From Mytilus edulis (Eukaryota), in the NCBI RefSeq assembly GCF_963676685.1, contig NC_092347.1, positions 70,642,935 through 70,706,934 on the forward strand: DNA of 64,000 nucleotides. The letters run 5' to 3'. Under the pieces are notes generated by a model, which worked only from the letters and a program-made list of their open reading frames with translations, did not search any database and was not told where the DNA came from. Shown piece after piece: positions 24,701 to 37,072 of the stretch (position 1 is its first letter; each line of letters begins with the position of its first letter). Position numbers and translations under genes: made by a program.

Positions 24701-26460
24701 AGCATGTACTGGTTAAAATGTTTTTTATTGAGTATCATTCTCAAGGCATAATGACAAATAATGCACCACATCAAATTGAAGGTTTGGTATGTACCGAAGG
24801 CTATAAATGCATATTTTTACTAGAGATCTTCAAGGTCACATACTGTAGTTGTAGCGTACATATTTTTGTCGTAATTTAACAATACGTTAAGTGACTATTA
24901 GCAGCACAGTATAAGTCTGAGCTTTATATATTTAGTATTTACATATATCAGATCTGTTGCCTACATGTGCTGGAATAATCAATATGGTTTTCAATGAGAA
25001 AGGATAGAGGTACCTTTTGGAATCTTTTGGAATTAGCTAAAAAAAAAATTGAAGTTGAAATCTGATGTCCAGTTTTGAATTTTTCCATTGTGAAACCTTT
25101 TGCTGTACAAGTTTATTACAAATTTATATGTAATGCAAGTGTTTGACCATAAGGACAGTATTAAAAGTGCTGTGAATTTTAAGAAAAAAAGGTGTATTTT
25201 GATTATGGTTGTGCAATGTTCAATGCACTTTGCATACAGTGCATGATGTCCGACTTTGAATTGTTAGACTTTAAATATATCTCATTTTATTGTCAAGCAA
25301 ACAATTATCATTTAAAAAGAATGTGTTATTTAATTTTACATTTTTGAAGACCTTGAAAATATTTAAATAGAATGTAACATGTTTATTTGCCTTTTAGATA
25401 TATAACATCTAGACAGATTTCCTGGCAGCAATAGCTGGAAAATATTTATTCATGACAGTGACCTATACCTTCAGGCTCACAACACTTTTTATAAGCTATC
25501 AAAAAGTTTCATGTTAAGAATTTCCCTGAAGTTTTTTTGTGACCAACTACCGTAAAAAAATAAACTTTTTTTAAATGTCATCAGTTTCATAATAAATTAA
25601 AGTCTGGTGAATTTGTTTTATTTGCTAAAAATAGCGTAAATATGATATATTTATGAGACATTAAGCTTTAAGTTATTTGCCAGTTAAACTAAAGTGTTAA
25701 GAGTTGTTCATATGTACATGCATAAGATTTAAGCTTTCATTTGAAAATAGTTGTTTTAAAAGACCCACAATGAGTTCTTTTACTGTAAAAGTAGTAATAA
25801 CATCAAGAAATGGATATGCAAATAAAATTCATACATGTGACTGCATGGATATATGTTTTTTGGGAATTGCAAAACAGGGTTGCAAAAAAGGGGTCCATAT
25901 CCTTAGATTATAAATCAACTTACAAATCAACAATGACTGCTTTCAATTTTGTATACAACATTTTATTCTGGCTTTTAGTTACTGTTCATTTATAAACTAA
26001 ATTAATGTATGTAAATGGCCATGGGATATGATAGTAATTATGCCATAGCACAAAAACTGTCATTTAAATGGAATACATATCTGATAATTTCTAATTAGTT
26101 ACAGGTTTTTTACAGCTTTCAGAGTTTAAACCAATTAATCAGTCTGAATTTAGAAAATCTTGAATCAACATGATATCTTGAGAAGAAATGTATAATATTT
26201 GCCAATATAATCGATTATGTATTTACATGTACTGCTTCAGGGAATGTAGGTATATTGTGCATAAATATTAGTGGTAAAGCTTATCTTTGTTTACTTTAGA
26301 AGTAGTGAAAATTACCTGTCCTATTCAAACTAACTGAATGTGCCAAAAAGTCCACATTTGATGGTAGGAGATGCTGGAATTGTAGTTTGGTATAGAATCA
26401 AATGTTAAGAAAAAAGTAAAATCACAAAAATAAGACACAGTGCTTGGTCATTAGTTTATT

Positions 26461-26646
26461 GGGGCCTCGGTGGCAGAGTGGTCTAAGTAGTTACTATCAG
26501 ATAACACTTGAGGTTTTGAGTTTAAACCCCGCTCGTGTGGGTGCACTCAACTCCAATCTTAATTGACTAGGGTTTTCAGTGAGTTTCCCTACCGAAGGTC
26601 AGTGGTTTTCTCTGGGCACTCCGGCTTCCTCCACCAAAAAAAAAAA
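26461..26646 (+). mobile_element. tRNA-derived SINE with poly(A) tail
   Basis: GGGGCCTCGGTGGCAGAGTGGTCTAAG carries the A-box TGGCAGAGTGG, and there is a B-box-like GAGTTTAAACCCCGCTC. The body is too long for a genuine tRNA. It ends in A11 at about 26636-26646. Confidence 0.5.
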
Positions 26647-27477
26647 TGGCCTCCACAAAATAACCCAAAAGTGGAGATAAAACACCAACAAACAATTTAT
26701 CATTAATAGATAGATATAGGAAGATGTGGTATGAGTTGTTCATTTGCAATTTTCCACTATATTTCATATAAAACCTAAATTAAAAAAAATATTGTAGAGT
26801 TAACTTTTTTGCTTTATGGGATGCCTAAATATCTTAAAGACATTCAACATATGATCAGTAAAACATTTCAGTGTGTGCACTCTAGAATTATTGCACATTT
26901 TGTCTTGCTGGTGCCTTTTATGGATGATAATTTAGAATATTAAGTCTTGCTGACCTTTTCTGCAATTTATTTAGTACCACCACTCTAAACAATACAACAG
27001 TAATCTAGTAATGGGAGAATATTTGATTTCATAATACAATAATAACCATAAATCAATATTTATAAATTTTCAGTCTTTGTCTTGTACCTATAACCATAGC
27101 TCCATTATGTGACATACATACATTTGATTTTAACTTTATTTCCATTAAAAAGTCAATGGTCAATATATGATAAAAAGAATAACTTATCCAAGAATTCAAA
27201 TATAGAAAAGTATTCAATTTTAAATTATGACCAAACAAAACTAATAATTAACTCAAGGACTATGCAAATTCTTTAATTAATGTGTTTGGTCACATGATGA
27301 AATTTTTTTCTCTTTTTGAATCTTGGATAAGTTATTCTATAAATAATAGATGATCATCTCATAGTCTTTGGTCTCTACTGGATACTTTTCTCATAAGCAA
27401 TCATGATAACCATTTCTCCTTAATTTAATATTCAGATTATTCTGCAGTTTTTGTTGTTTAAATATAATTAATTCAAC

Positions 27478-28063
27478 CAAAGGAGTAGGTTCAGTAAGAC
27501 CCCTTTTTGGCCCCAAAATATAGCAGTTTTACAAAATTGTAAAAATGTAAACCTTTAGTTATTTATTGGACAGTAGAATGCTTCTGCTACATACATATGG
27601 GCTGTTTTTGACAATACAATGCACATATATCCGGTACTAGCACCATTAAGTCATGCTAAATTACTGAAATCCTCATAATTCTAGCATTTTAGTTAAATTT
27701 TAGACGGTTTTCGTGTAAAACGAAAGTGGCCACATTCGTGTTCATCCTTAATATTGTAATGTAAGTTGTATTTTATGATAACACATAACATATATAAAGG
27801 TTGAGGATGAACACGGATGCGGCCACTTTCATTTTTACCAAAAACCATCTGAAAAGTGACATTTTTCGGCATATTAGGTAGATTTTTCATATTTGAGCTT
27901 GAATCGGATCGTTTTTAATGACTAAATCTGTGAAAATCTTTTACATAAACTAATTAATTCAAATAAAATAGACACTTAAGTGTTTAAAAAGTGGTCAAAA
28001 TCTTTCGTCGGATGAACCTGAAATTTGAGGCCAAAATCGGTCCTTACTGGACCTACTCCTTTG
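27478..28063. mobile_element. MITE-like element with about 25-bp TIRs and an internal 30-bp-arm hairpin
   Basis: 27478-27501 'caaaggagtaggttcagtaagacc' is the reverse complement of 28039-28063 'ggtccttactggacctactcctttg'. The internal inverted repeat at 27730-27760 'aaacgaaagtggccacattcgtgttcatcct' pairs with 27808-27840 'aggatgaacacggatgcggccactttcatttt'. Confidence 0.5.
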
Positions 28064-29716
28064 TAAACATCTTCAAATATAGAAAGTTTTGTATATGAAA
28101 TACTTATTTGCAAAAACATTGACATGTAGAAATTTTAGTTTCATAAAAAAATGAAATAGATCAGTCACATTAAATTTTTGGATTCTTTGCGACTGAAATT
28201 ATGGTTATGAGAGAAAATTGAATTTAATCGGAAAACAGATAACAAATCTTTACTTCCTATAAAGGTTTACATGTACTAAACAAGCTGTTGAATATTAGTC
28301 CATTCATATTAATTGACAAATGATTTGCTATTATCTTAAGTAGAATCAATATGAAAATGATATGTATCTGAAGTTGATAATCCTCAGGTTGCAGATGTTT
28401 ATCAGCTTGTTATATTTATAGAAATTGACCTACATTTCCAAAGGGGAGGAGTTCATGTGGAAGCTAGGTACTGACCATTCCTCAAAAATAAAAAAAGATT
28501 GCCATGAAATAAGAAAAGGAAAACAAAAGTTCTTAACTGAAATAAAATAGGCATTAAGTATAACCCTTGATCGTCCGTGTGACTTAAGTCCGTCTATCCT
28601 GTATTCCATCCTTCCTATTTCATTTCAACTTAGGTTTGCTTCATTCATATTTTTTGAAACTGATACACAATGCTAAGAACCCAAGTGACTAACAAATTGC
28701 AAAATTCCACAATCTCTAGAAATTTCAACATACAAACCATTGTTATCATGTAAATTAAATAGATAATATTTTAAGAAAATGTATTGTTGGAGACTGGGTA
28801 AAAAAAGATATCTAGTGAATAAACTGATATAAGGGACGACATCAAAAGTTCAATGTAGGATAAAAAACTTAATTCACATAGTTTTTTCACTTACCCCCCT
28901 GGACAATCATAATCTATTGGAAGGTCTTCCAAGACCTCTTAACTTAAAGCAAGACTGGTTAAATTAATTGCGCTTATGGTCTACTATTTAAAGTAAATAT
29001 GTACACAAATATTAGCAATAGAAGAGTAACATACACATAAACTTGTTCTGTAGTTGTCAATAAAAAATATATAAATTATAAATATACCCTGCTCCGGTGC
29101 CAAATAGTAAGGTTTCCAAGTCTTAACTAAAGTTACAAGTTCCCTTTATGGAATTAGATTGACCTTGGAACAAAGAGTACAAACCCATTAGTCTTAGCAG
29201 ATGTGATGTATTTGTTCAATATTATGACTTTCACCAGAGGTTATTCAATCCTTGCACAGGGAGAAATAATGTAAATCTTATATCTCTCTGGACATGAGAG
29301 AGATTATCCAGAATGAAAGCTGTTATCAAGATATGAAATATTTACTGGCATCATGGAATACTATATTGATTTTTCCTTGTTCAAATGCATTTGAAGTAAA
29401 TGGCTCACAAAATTGTATTTGTTTTATGGTGCACTTTGCAAGTCCATACATGTATAGGTAGTAAAATTAAGGTGGATTGAATAATTTATAAAACCATATA
29501 TTAAAGGAACAGAAAACCATATATTAAAGGAACAGATTTGTACATGTAATTGTATTTGATTGAATATAAGTATTTATTCTGGTGACAGCATGTAAGTTCA
29601 TAGAAATGTGGACCAAGATATTGAAAGTCTTTCTTTTGATAGAATGGCATGTTTTGTATATGATGTAGGATGAAAAATTTTATCACAAAAAAGGCCACCT
29701 ATGGACCATCTACTAG

Positions 29717-30126
29717 GAGTGCATTTGTTTCTAACCCGAAATTTTCTCATCGATGACTATCGTTTAGTAAACGTTAAGCTGCTAGAAACAAATACATCGT
29801 TTAATAAACTTTATCGACCCCAAGTTGTCAGACAAAAATAGATTACACTCACGCACTGTAAACAAACAGGTAAAAGTGCGGGAAATAAATAACCAGGACT
29901 TTGCGAAAACAACATGTGCTCGTAATTATTTAAACGACAGTTGCAGAAACAAATTTATCGTTTACACGTCTCAACGATAAACGATCAACGACTACGCGAC
30001 TATTTTGCGCGTACATCGTTTATGTGAACGATGTCAACATTGACCAAAAAATGTAAGAAACAAATGGATTAAACAACTACGCGCTTAGTCGTTTACATCG
30101 TTTAGGTTAGAAACAAATGCGCTCTA
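29717..30126. mobile_element. MITE, copy 1 (about 410 bp) with 20-bp TIRs GAGTGCATTTGTTTCTAACC / GGTTAGAAACAAATGCGCTC
   Basis: Starts 'gagtgcatttgtttctaaccc' and ends 'ggttagaaacaaatgcgctc'. It is flanked by cTAG|...|TAGg. An internal 'ctagaaacaaat' echo of the TIR is present. Confidence 0.6.
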
Positions 30127-30197
30127 GGAGTTGTTCACCCCTCTATATATGATAAGATCTACTGTCATGGCAGCAGAAGCTAAGCAAGTTTAATGAA

Positions 30198-30574
30198 GAG
30201 TGCATTTGTTTCTAACCCTAAATTTTGTCATAGATGACTATGGTTAAGTAAACATTACGCTGCTAGAAACAAATATATAGTTTAATAATCTTAATCGACC
30301 CCACATAGTAGAGACAGAAATAGATTACACTCATGCACTGTAAACAAACAGGTAAAAGTGCGGGAAATGAATAACCAGGACTTTGTGAAAACAAAATGTG
30401 CTTGTAATAATTAAAATGACAGATGCAGAAACAAATTCATTATTTACACGTCTCAACGATAAATGATCAACCATTACGCGATGTCAACATTGACCAAAAA
30501 ATATAAGAAACAGATGGATTAAATGACTCCGCGTGTAATCGTTTGCATCGTTTAGGTTAGAAACAAATGCGCTC
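30198..30574. mobile_element. MITE, copy 2 (about 377 bp, with an internal deletion), in tandem 71 bp downstream of copy 1
   Basis: About 88% identical to copy 1 and has the same TIRs. Confidence 0.6.
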
Positions 30575-32649
30575 GTAGTTCTGTACCTTGGCTACCTTTA
30601 AAGGAAAACTCCAGTATTGAAAAGAGTCCAGTAGACAGCAGCCCAACAACAAAATGAAACGAAAATGAATACTAGAGGTCAGCATAAGGTCTTTAATGCC
30701 AGAAAAGGGTACAAGTACATACTATGTGTCAAAATCTAATTAGCCTCCCCTAAATCACTGACAATATATGCTTCCAAGAATAAAAAGTGACCGGACAACT
30801 ATAGTTATATATAGTACCTAAAAATTAAAAAAGGGGAATTTACGATGACCCATAAACGTTACAATACACCATGCCACACTGTTATATCCATTATTGTACA
30901 TGTGCAAGAGATTTTCTTAAGATCTTAAATACGACAACTAACAATTAACGTAAGAGCTGTAGATTGTATGAATTTGATTTTGAGGAAGAAAATATATTCA
31001 GATTTGTGTAATGTTGACTGGCATGATGAAAATACTTGTAAACTAATATTTCTGAATGTTATATCTTTATTTAAGTCACATGTATTGGTGTTAAATATTT
31101 CTGTTGTATGTTTTATAATTCATCAAACAAGTCATATTCTAAATGGGAGATGAAACAAAGAACTCTCAACTTTGATATGAGTTATATATATACAAAGTAT
31201 ATTTATTTATTTCATCTTTGTTACTGAATTATTTTAGGTCTGAGCCCAGGGACATGACCAATTATTGACCTAAGCCATTATTCATTCTCGGTAAACTTCT
31301 TACATATTGGCTAATATCACTTCTGTATATTAATAATAATAATGTAGTACTTTTAGATAATGAATATATACGATTTGTTGCTTATATAGGCATAGATGAT
31401 CCATTTACATACATGTAATTGATGAGATATTTATGATGAGGAAAACACACCTTAATTTAGTAAATACTGGTGTTAAATGAAATGTAAATTTACACATGTT
31501 CAATGTGCGTCACAGACAATGTGTGTGAAAAAAGAGTCTGATATATATTGATCAACAACTGGAAGTTTTTCCCTTTTTCCAAATACTGGGTGAGTTTGCT
31601 GATCTTTCTCCCAGCATTTCAAGACTTGATTTATAAGACTGACCAATTCTATAATTAAGCTCTATAAGTCTGGGATTTAAAAAAAAAAGAAGGACATTTT
31701 GAACACAGGTCATCTTTGTTGTCACTGGTTGAGTAGATACTCAACCGGATGAACCCAAGTATTTTGGTGTGGTTAGCTCAATTATTAGTTCTCTGTGTAG
31801 TGTTTCGTGGGCTGTTGTTGGTCCTTTTTCCTTTTTACGATAGTGTCTGTTTTCTCTAACTTGTTGTTTTTGATTGCTACCTTGGTATATTCTCCCTGTT
31901 TTCTGAAAGTTTTACTGGATTTAGAATCATTTAGTTTTTAGAATCAATTTGACAATAGGAATGATTTGACCAGTCTTCTTCCCTGTTTTGAAGTTTTTAT
32001 TATATATATATATCTAAAAATAGTTTGGCCTAAAACAACAAATAGGTTTCTTTGACTACATGCTTTATATGTGCTTTGAATATCTTAACAGTCTGATCTA
32101 TATTAGTATACTAAGATATATATAAATAAAAGTAAACTTTCAGAACCTGACATTTTATATGAAATATATAAGTAATCCAATTTCCATATATAAATCTTAG
32201 ATTTTTTATACCTTAAACAAAATTGTTTTTTATGTATGCATTTTTATATTTGTGTAATTTTGTAAACTGTTTAAAAATTTATTTATTTATTTATTTTTTC
32301 TTCAAATAAACTATGCAATATAATTTTCATAATCTTGTCTGATTTTTGTCTAAGATTCTGAGATTCTGTAATAGGCTGAGTTTGTGAGGTGGAGTTTGTT
32401 ATAGGCTGAGTTTGGAATAGTCTTGAGAAAGTTCTTCGCTGAGTCATTAGGGAGTCCAGCGAAACTGATAATAATGACGGAAAATACATCTGGAAATCAT
32501 TTTATTACAAATCATTCCCTAAATAACAAAAAATGAATAATTGTTTGGAAGGAAAACGCACAACAGTTTGTATACTACTTTAAGGGTATAGAGCCATATT
32601 GATTTCTGTAATCTGTAAATCATCAGGTTGCTGTCCCATTGACATTTAC

Positions 32650-33375
32650 TGTGATTTAGGCCACTTCACCTATGTCTGTCAGTCCCATTAACATATAGGC
32701 CACTTCACCTATGTATGTCAGTCCCATTGACATATAGGCCACTTCACCTATGTCTGTCAGTCCCATTGACATATAGGCCACTTCACCTATGTCTATCAGT
32801 CCCATTGCCATATAGGCCACTTCACCTATGTTTATCAGTCCCATTGACATAGGCCACTTCACCTATGTCTATCTGTCCCATTGACCTATAGGCCACTTCA
32901 CCTATGTCTGTCAGTCCCATTGACCTATAGGCCACTTCACCTATGTCTGTCAGTCCCATTGACCTATAGGCCACTTCACCTATGTCTATCAGTTCCATTG
33001 ACCTATAGGCCACTTCACCTATGTCTGTCAGTCCCATTGACCTATAGGCCACTTCACCTATGTCTATCAGTCCCATTGACCTATAGGCCACTTCACCTAT
33101 GTCTGTCAGTCCCATTGACCTATAGGCCACTTCACATATGTCTATCAATCCCATTGACATATAGGCCACTTCACCTATGTCTGTCAGTCCCATTGACCTA
33201 TAGGCCACTTCACAAGTCTGTCAGTCCCATTGACATATAGGCCACTTCACCTATGTCTATCAGTCCCATTGACATATAGGCCACTTCACCTATGTCTGTC
33301 AGTCCTATTGACATATAGGCCACTTCACCTATGTCTATCAGTCCCATTGACCTATAGGCCACTTCACCTATGTCT
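32650..33375. repeat. 39-bp-period minisatellite of about 18.5 units
   Basis: The unit gccacttcacctatgtctgtcagtcccattgac(a/c)tatag is repeated head-to-tail with sporadic substitutions (ctgtc/ctatc, gacat/gacct). Because the period is a multiple of 3, ORFs 32656..33240 are open on both strands and are artefacts. Confidence 0.85.
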
Positions 33376-36300
33376 ATCATTTGTCACTTGTTAAAGTGTC
33401 AATTTCAATAGCACACACTAATTATATTTTTTTTTAAATGCTGTATAGACTATTTGCTACCTCTAGTTGTCGAGGCTTCGACTTTAGTCGAAAAAGCGAG
33501 ACTAAGCGAGACTACATTCAGTCGTCGGTGTCGTTGGCGGCGTCCACAAATATTCACTCTGTGGTTAAAGTTTTTAAAATTTTAATAACTTTCTTAAACT
33601 ATCCTGGGTTTGTACCAAACTTGGACAGAAGCTTAATTATGATCATAAAATAGTATCCAGAAGTAAATTTTGTAAAAAAAATAATTCATTTTTTCAGTAT
33701 TTTACTTTTAAATGGACTTATATTTTCTTCCAGTTAACCATACATACATGTACAGTCTGCAGTTGTTTTTAAAACATTTATTAGATTCATAAACTATCCT
33801 GGATTTTAACCAAACTTGGACAGAACATTACAATCAAAAGATTGTATCAAGGGGAATATTTGATTGAGTTTCTTCCTCATTTTTGTTGAGCCTTTGATTT
33901 ACAGCAAAAGTAGGCGAGACACTGGGTTCCGCGGAACCCTTACAATTTTTTTTTGATATTTTGACTTAAAGATGTTCAGGGTTTGATCAATTAGGTATGA
34001 CATTGTTCTTTATTTCTACACCTATGGTCTAAAAGTGTTTTGCTTAGGTATGATAAACAAGAAGACAGATGTGTAGAATGTTACAGTCTGACACCTGTAC
34101 CCTGTTAGGTTCTATGATATATGTAGTACATTTCTTTAAACTGACATATTACGGTCAGGACTTCTGTTTCTGAGGTGTGAGTTAATGAGTTTTGGGTCAA
34201 TTTGTATCTATATATGGTGTAAAAATTTATATATAACAATTTACTAAAGGAGGCTTACAACATGTACAACATATGTCTCAATTGATCAACAGTAAAACCT
34301 GTTACAAGAGCCTGCAAATCTTGTGCCAAGGCCACAATTAAAAATATTTTGGTTTGCACCCTACCCAAGGTTGAGACAATGGGTAGGTAGGTAGGCATTT
34401 TCTTTTTTTTTCTTTTTTTTAAAGAAATTGAAGTATCAGATGTTTATTAGTCTTCATGCCTATCTGATTAAAAAAAAACATCTTCAAATCAGGACAATAA
34501 AGAATTTGAGTAGGCAGCTTTTTTCTGGGTAGGTAGGGTTTGGGCAAACAAACCTATTCTTTTTTATGGCCCAATCAGTTCAAATTGTTTGAGGGCCAAT
34601 AGGCAACACAAACAAAAGTTTTGATGATTTTCACTTAGTCAATGCATAATTCATTATTCCTTCATTCCTCTATATAACTTTCATCCATCTCCTTTAAATA
34701 TTGAATTTGGTGGAAAATTTTGACAAACTAAAGTGTTATATTCATAGCTGATGGTTTAATGGTGTAAAATTGATGCTAATAATATGTTTTGGTCAGAACA
34801 GGCTTCTGAAAACCAATCCTTGATATAGTGCATTAGTGGGTAGAAAAGTTATCTTCAGGAAATTCTGACTTAATCATGTGCTTGAAAACCTGTTGTAAAA
34901 AGAAGTAAAAATTAAGACCCTGACTTCCTTTTCAATTACACTTTTGTTTTGGTCAGACACTGGATTCTTTTGTATATACATGTAGCTAGCATATTCCCCT
35001 TCTTGACCTTGAAGATAAACAAATATGTTTCAGGCTGTACATAGTTTTATTTGCCAATGTCAACAAATATCCACTTACATTTTATGAAAAGAAATCTATG
35101 TATTTTGAAATTGATTTCTCTTTTGAAACTAAACAATAACAATGATTAGACATATACTATTCACACAGTGTGAAATATATATATTTATTAAAACACTTGA
35201 CCTCGATCTAATAATAAAGATTATGCGAAACCAATACCAGTGCCAATCAATAATATCAAAATTGTATCTGACACAACATGTGATGTTAAAAGTTAGAATA
35301 TACATATTTGAAAGTAAAATTTCATTTCTATTACTTCATAATATATTGGATAATGAAGTTATGACCTAGTTTTTTTGACTTGTTGATGATGTGTTGTGAA
35401 ATATGAAGATTTAAATGTTTGTCATGACGTCAACAGTCCCAGTTACCAGACAAACAATTCTGCGTACATGTAATGGGGTGGGCTAAGTACATTTCTAAGT
35501 ATTAAATCAAGTTTATGTTTATTTGTCCTTGCTCAAACTTCCTCATGCTTGTTCTTTTATTTAAAACTTTAAAATCTTAATTAAATTATGACATATAAAT
35601 TACGTTCAAAAGGAAATATTCATCTGTTAGCAGGATGCTATGTGATCATCGATTTTTACTCCTACACTGGATTAGTAACAGTGAAAACGTTCATTACTAT
35701 AACAAAGATTGCACCACATTTTTGTGGCATCTGTTAAGGTGTGGGGTTAATGTTTGTGTCTCTTACGAATTTAAATATTCCTTTGTCCTAGTATTTTTAA
35801 ATCAGAGCGTTTCATAAATTTATGATTCAATTTTATCATTGTTGCTTGGTTCAAATCAGTCCTTGGAAACACACTTGAGTTCTGTAATTATTAGTAACCA
35901 GAATCAGGCATGACTTAATTGAAATGCAACAGGAAAACAAGGAAATTGTGGATTACTTGGAAAAAGACATAAAAATATACCTGTATAGGAAATCAGATAA
36001 TTTTGGTTCATTGATTTTTGTTTTTCTTTATTTTAAAATATGTAGTATGTTTAAGTTAGAGGAAGACATGCTTTTGATGGTCATGTTTTGAACAGGAAGA
36101 GACCGACTGAATAAACAGGATAAACCTGTATAAACAATTCTCCCTTCCCTTTGTCAGCATAGTAAAGCTCAAGAGTACATGAATTGTTTATTAGTTTCAA
36201 GTTAATGTGTTGTAGCTTTTCCTAGAATTTGAATTTTCCACAAAAATGGTGGTATTGATTATGGATAAAACTTATGAATCTAATTATATAATATATTGAC

Positions 36301-36908
36301 ATAGTGCAACATGTTGCCAAATGGAATTTGATATTTTTAAATTTGATGTGAACTGGTGTATGTACATATAGGGAGTGAATATTATTAAAATCATAAAACA
36401 GTAAAATTCTTCTTTTTCCTGTTTTATAATCCTGGTACCTTTGATAACTACTGTCACAACTAGATATGATTTTTGATTGAACCTTGCTTTTAAAAGCTTA
36501 CCAGGGAGAAATCAAATTTATTTCAAATCTGATAGAATTATCATTAAAACAAAGCATTTTCATCCAGCAACACATTACATAATCATGAGATTCTTCTTAG
36601 TTTTTACCTTCCCAGGGTCAAATGTGTGGTGTGGTGAGACATTCGATTAAATATGCTTACCAAGCAGGTTTAGTGACAATGTTAATTTTGTTTTGCATGC
36701 TACAATAGTTAAGGTACATATAGGTAAGATATAGGTTTAACTCTCGGTCAGAAGCAACACCTGCTTTCAAAATTTGTAAATAACCCCAATAAACAATATC
36801 TGCACTTTGACTTGATCTTATCTGCTTTCCCCTTCAAGTCCTTGGATTATAAAAAAAAATGTGTGGAGGTATTTCATGATGATACCTTGTCACCTGACTT
36901 TGACTCCT

Positions 36909-37072
36909 TGTTCATGCTTTCAGTCTTCACGCCGAGTGGCAGCCCAGGCAGCCCAGGCTGGTAAAATTGCTCTCGGGCCTGTAAAAATCAGACCTACAGG
37001 CCAACAGAATCTAACTAAAATTTTTCAAAAATTGAGCTGCGGGCCTGTAGATTTAGCAGTTCAGCGTGAAGA
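36909..37072. mobile_element. Short GC-rich MITE with a perfect 12-bp TIR CAGTCTTCACGC and a putative TSD TGCTTT
   Basis: The element runs tgcttt|cagtcttcacgc ... gcgtgaagactg|tgcttt. The interior is about 55% GC, against about 30% in the flanks, and contains the palindromes gggcctgtaaaaatcagacctacaggcc and gcgggcctgtag. ORF 36861..37109 is spurious. Confidence 0.5.

Noticed and set aside
26461-26560. Possible tRNA gene (A-box TGGCAGAGTGG, B-box-like element)
   Set aside because: The spacing between the boxes is too long and no cloverleaf can be drawn. It continues into a unique body and a poly(A) tail, so it is a tRNA-derived SINE, not a tRNA.
32656-33240. ORFs of 68-128 aa on both strands encoding GLTDIGEVAY / PLTYRPLHLCLSV repeats
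   Set aside because: These are artefacts of the 39-bp (13-codon) minisatellite. Being open in multiple frames on both strands is the signature of tandem repetition, not of a gene.
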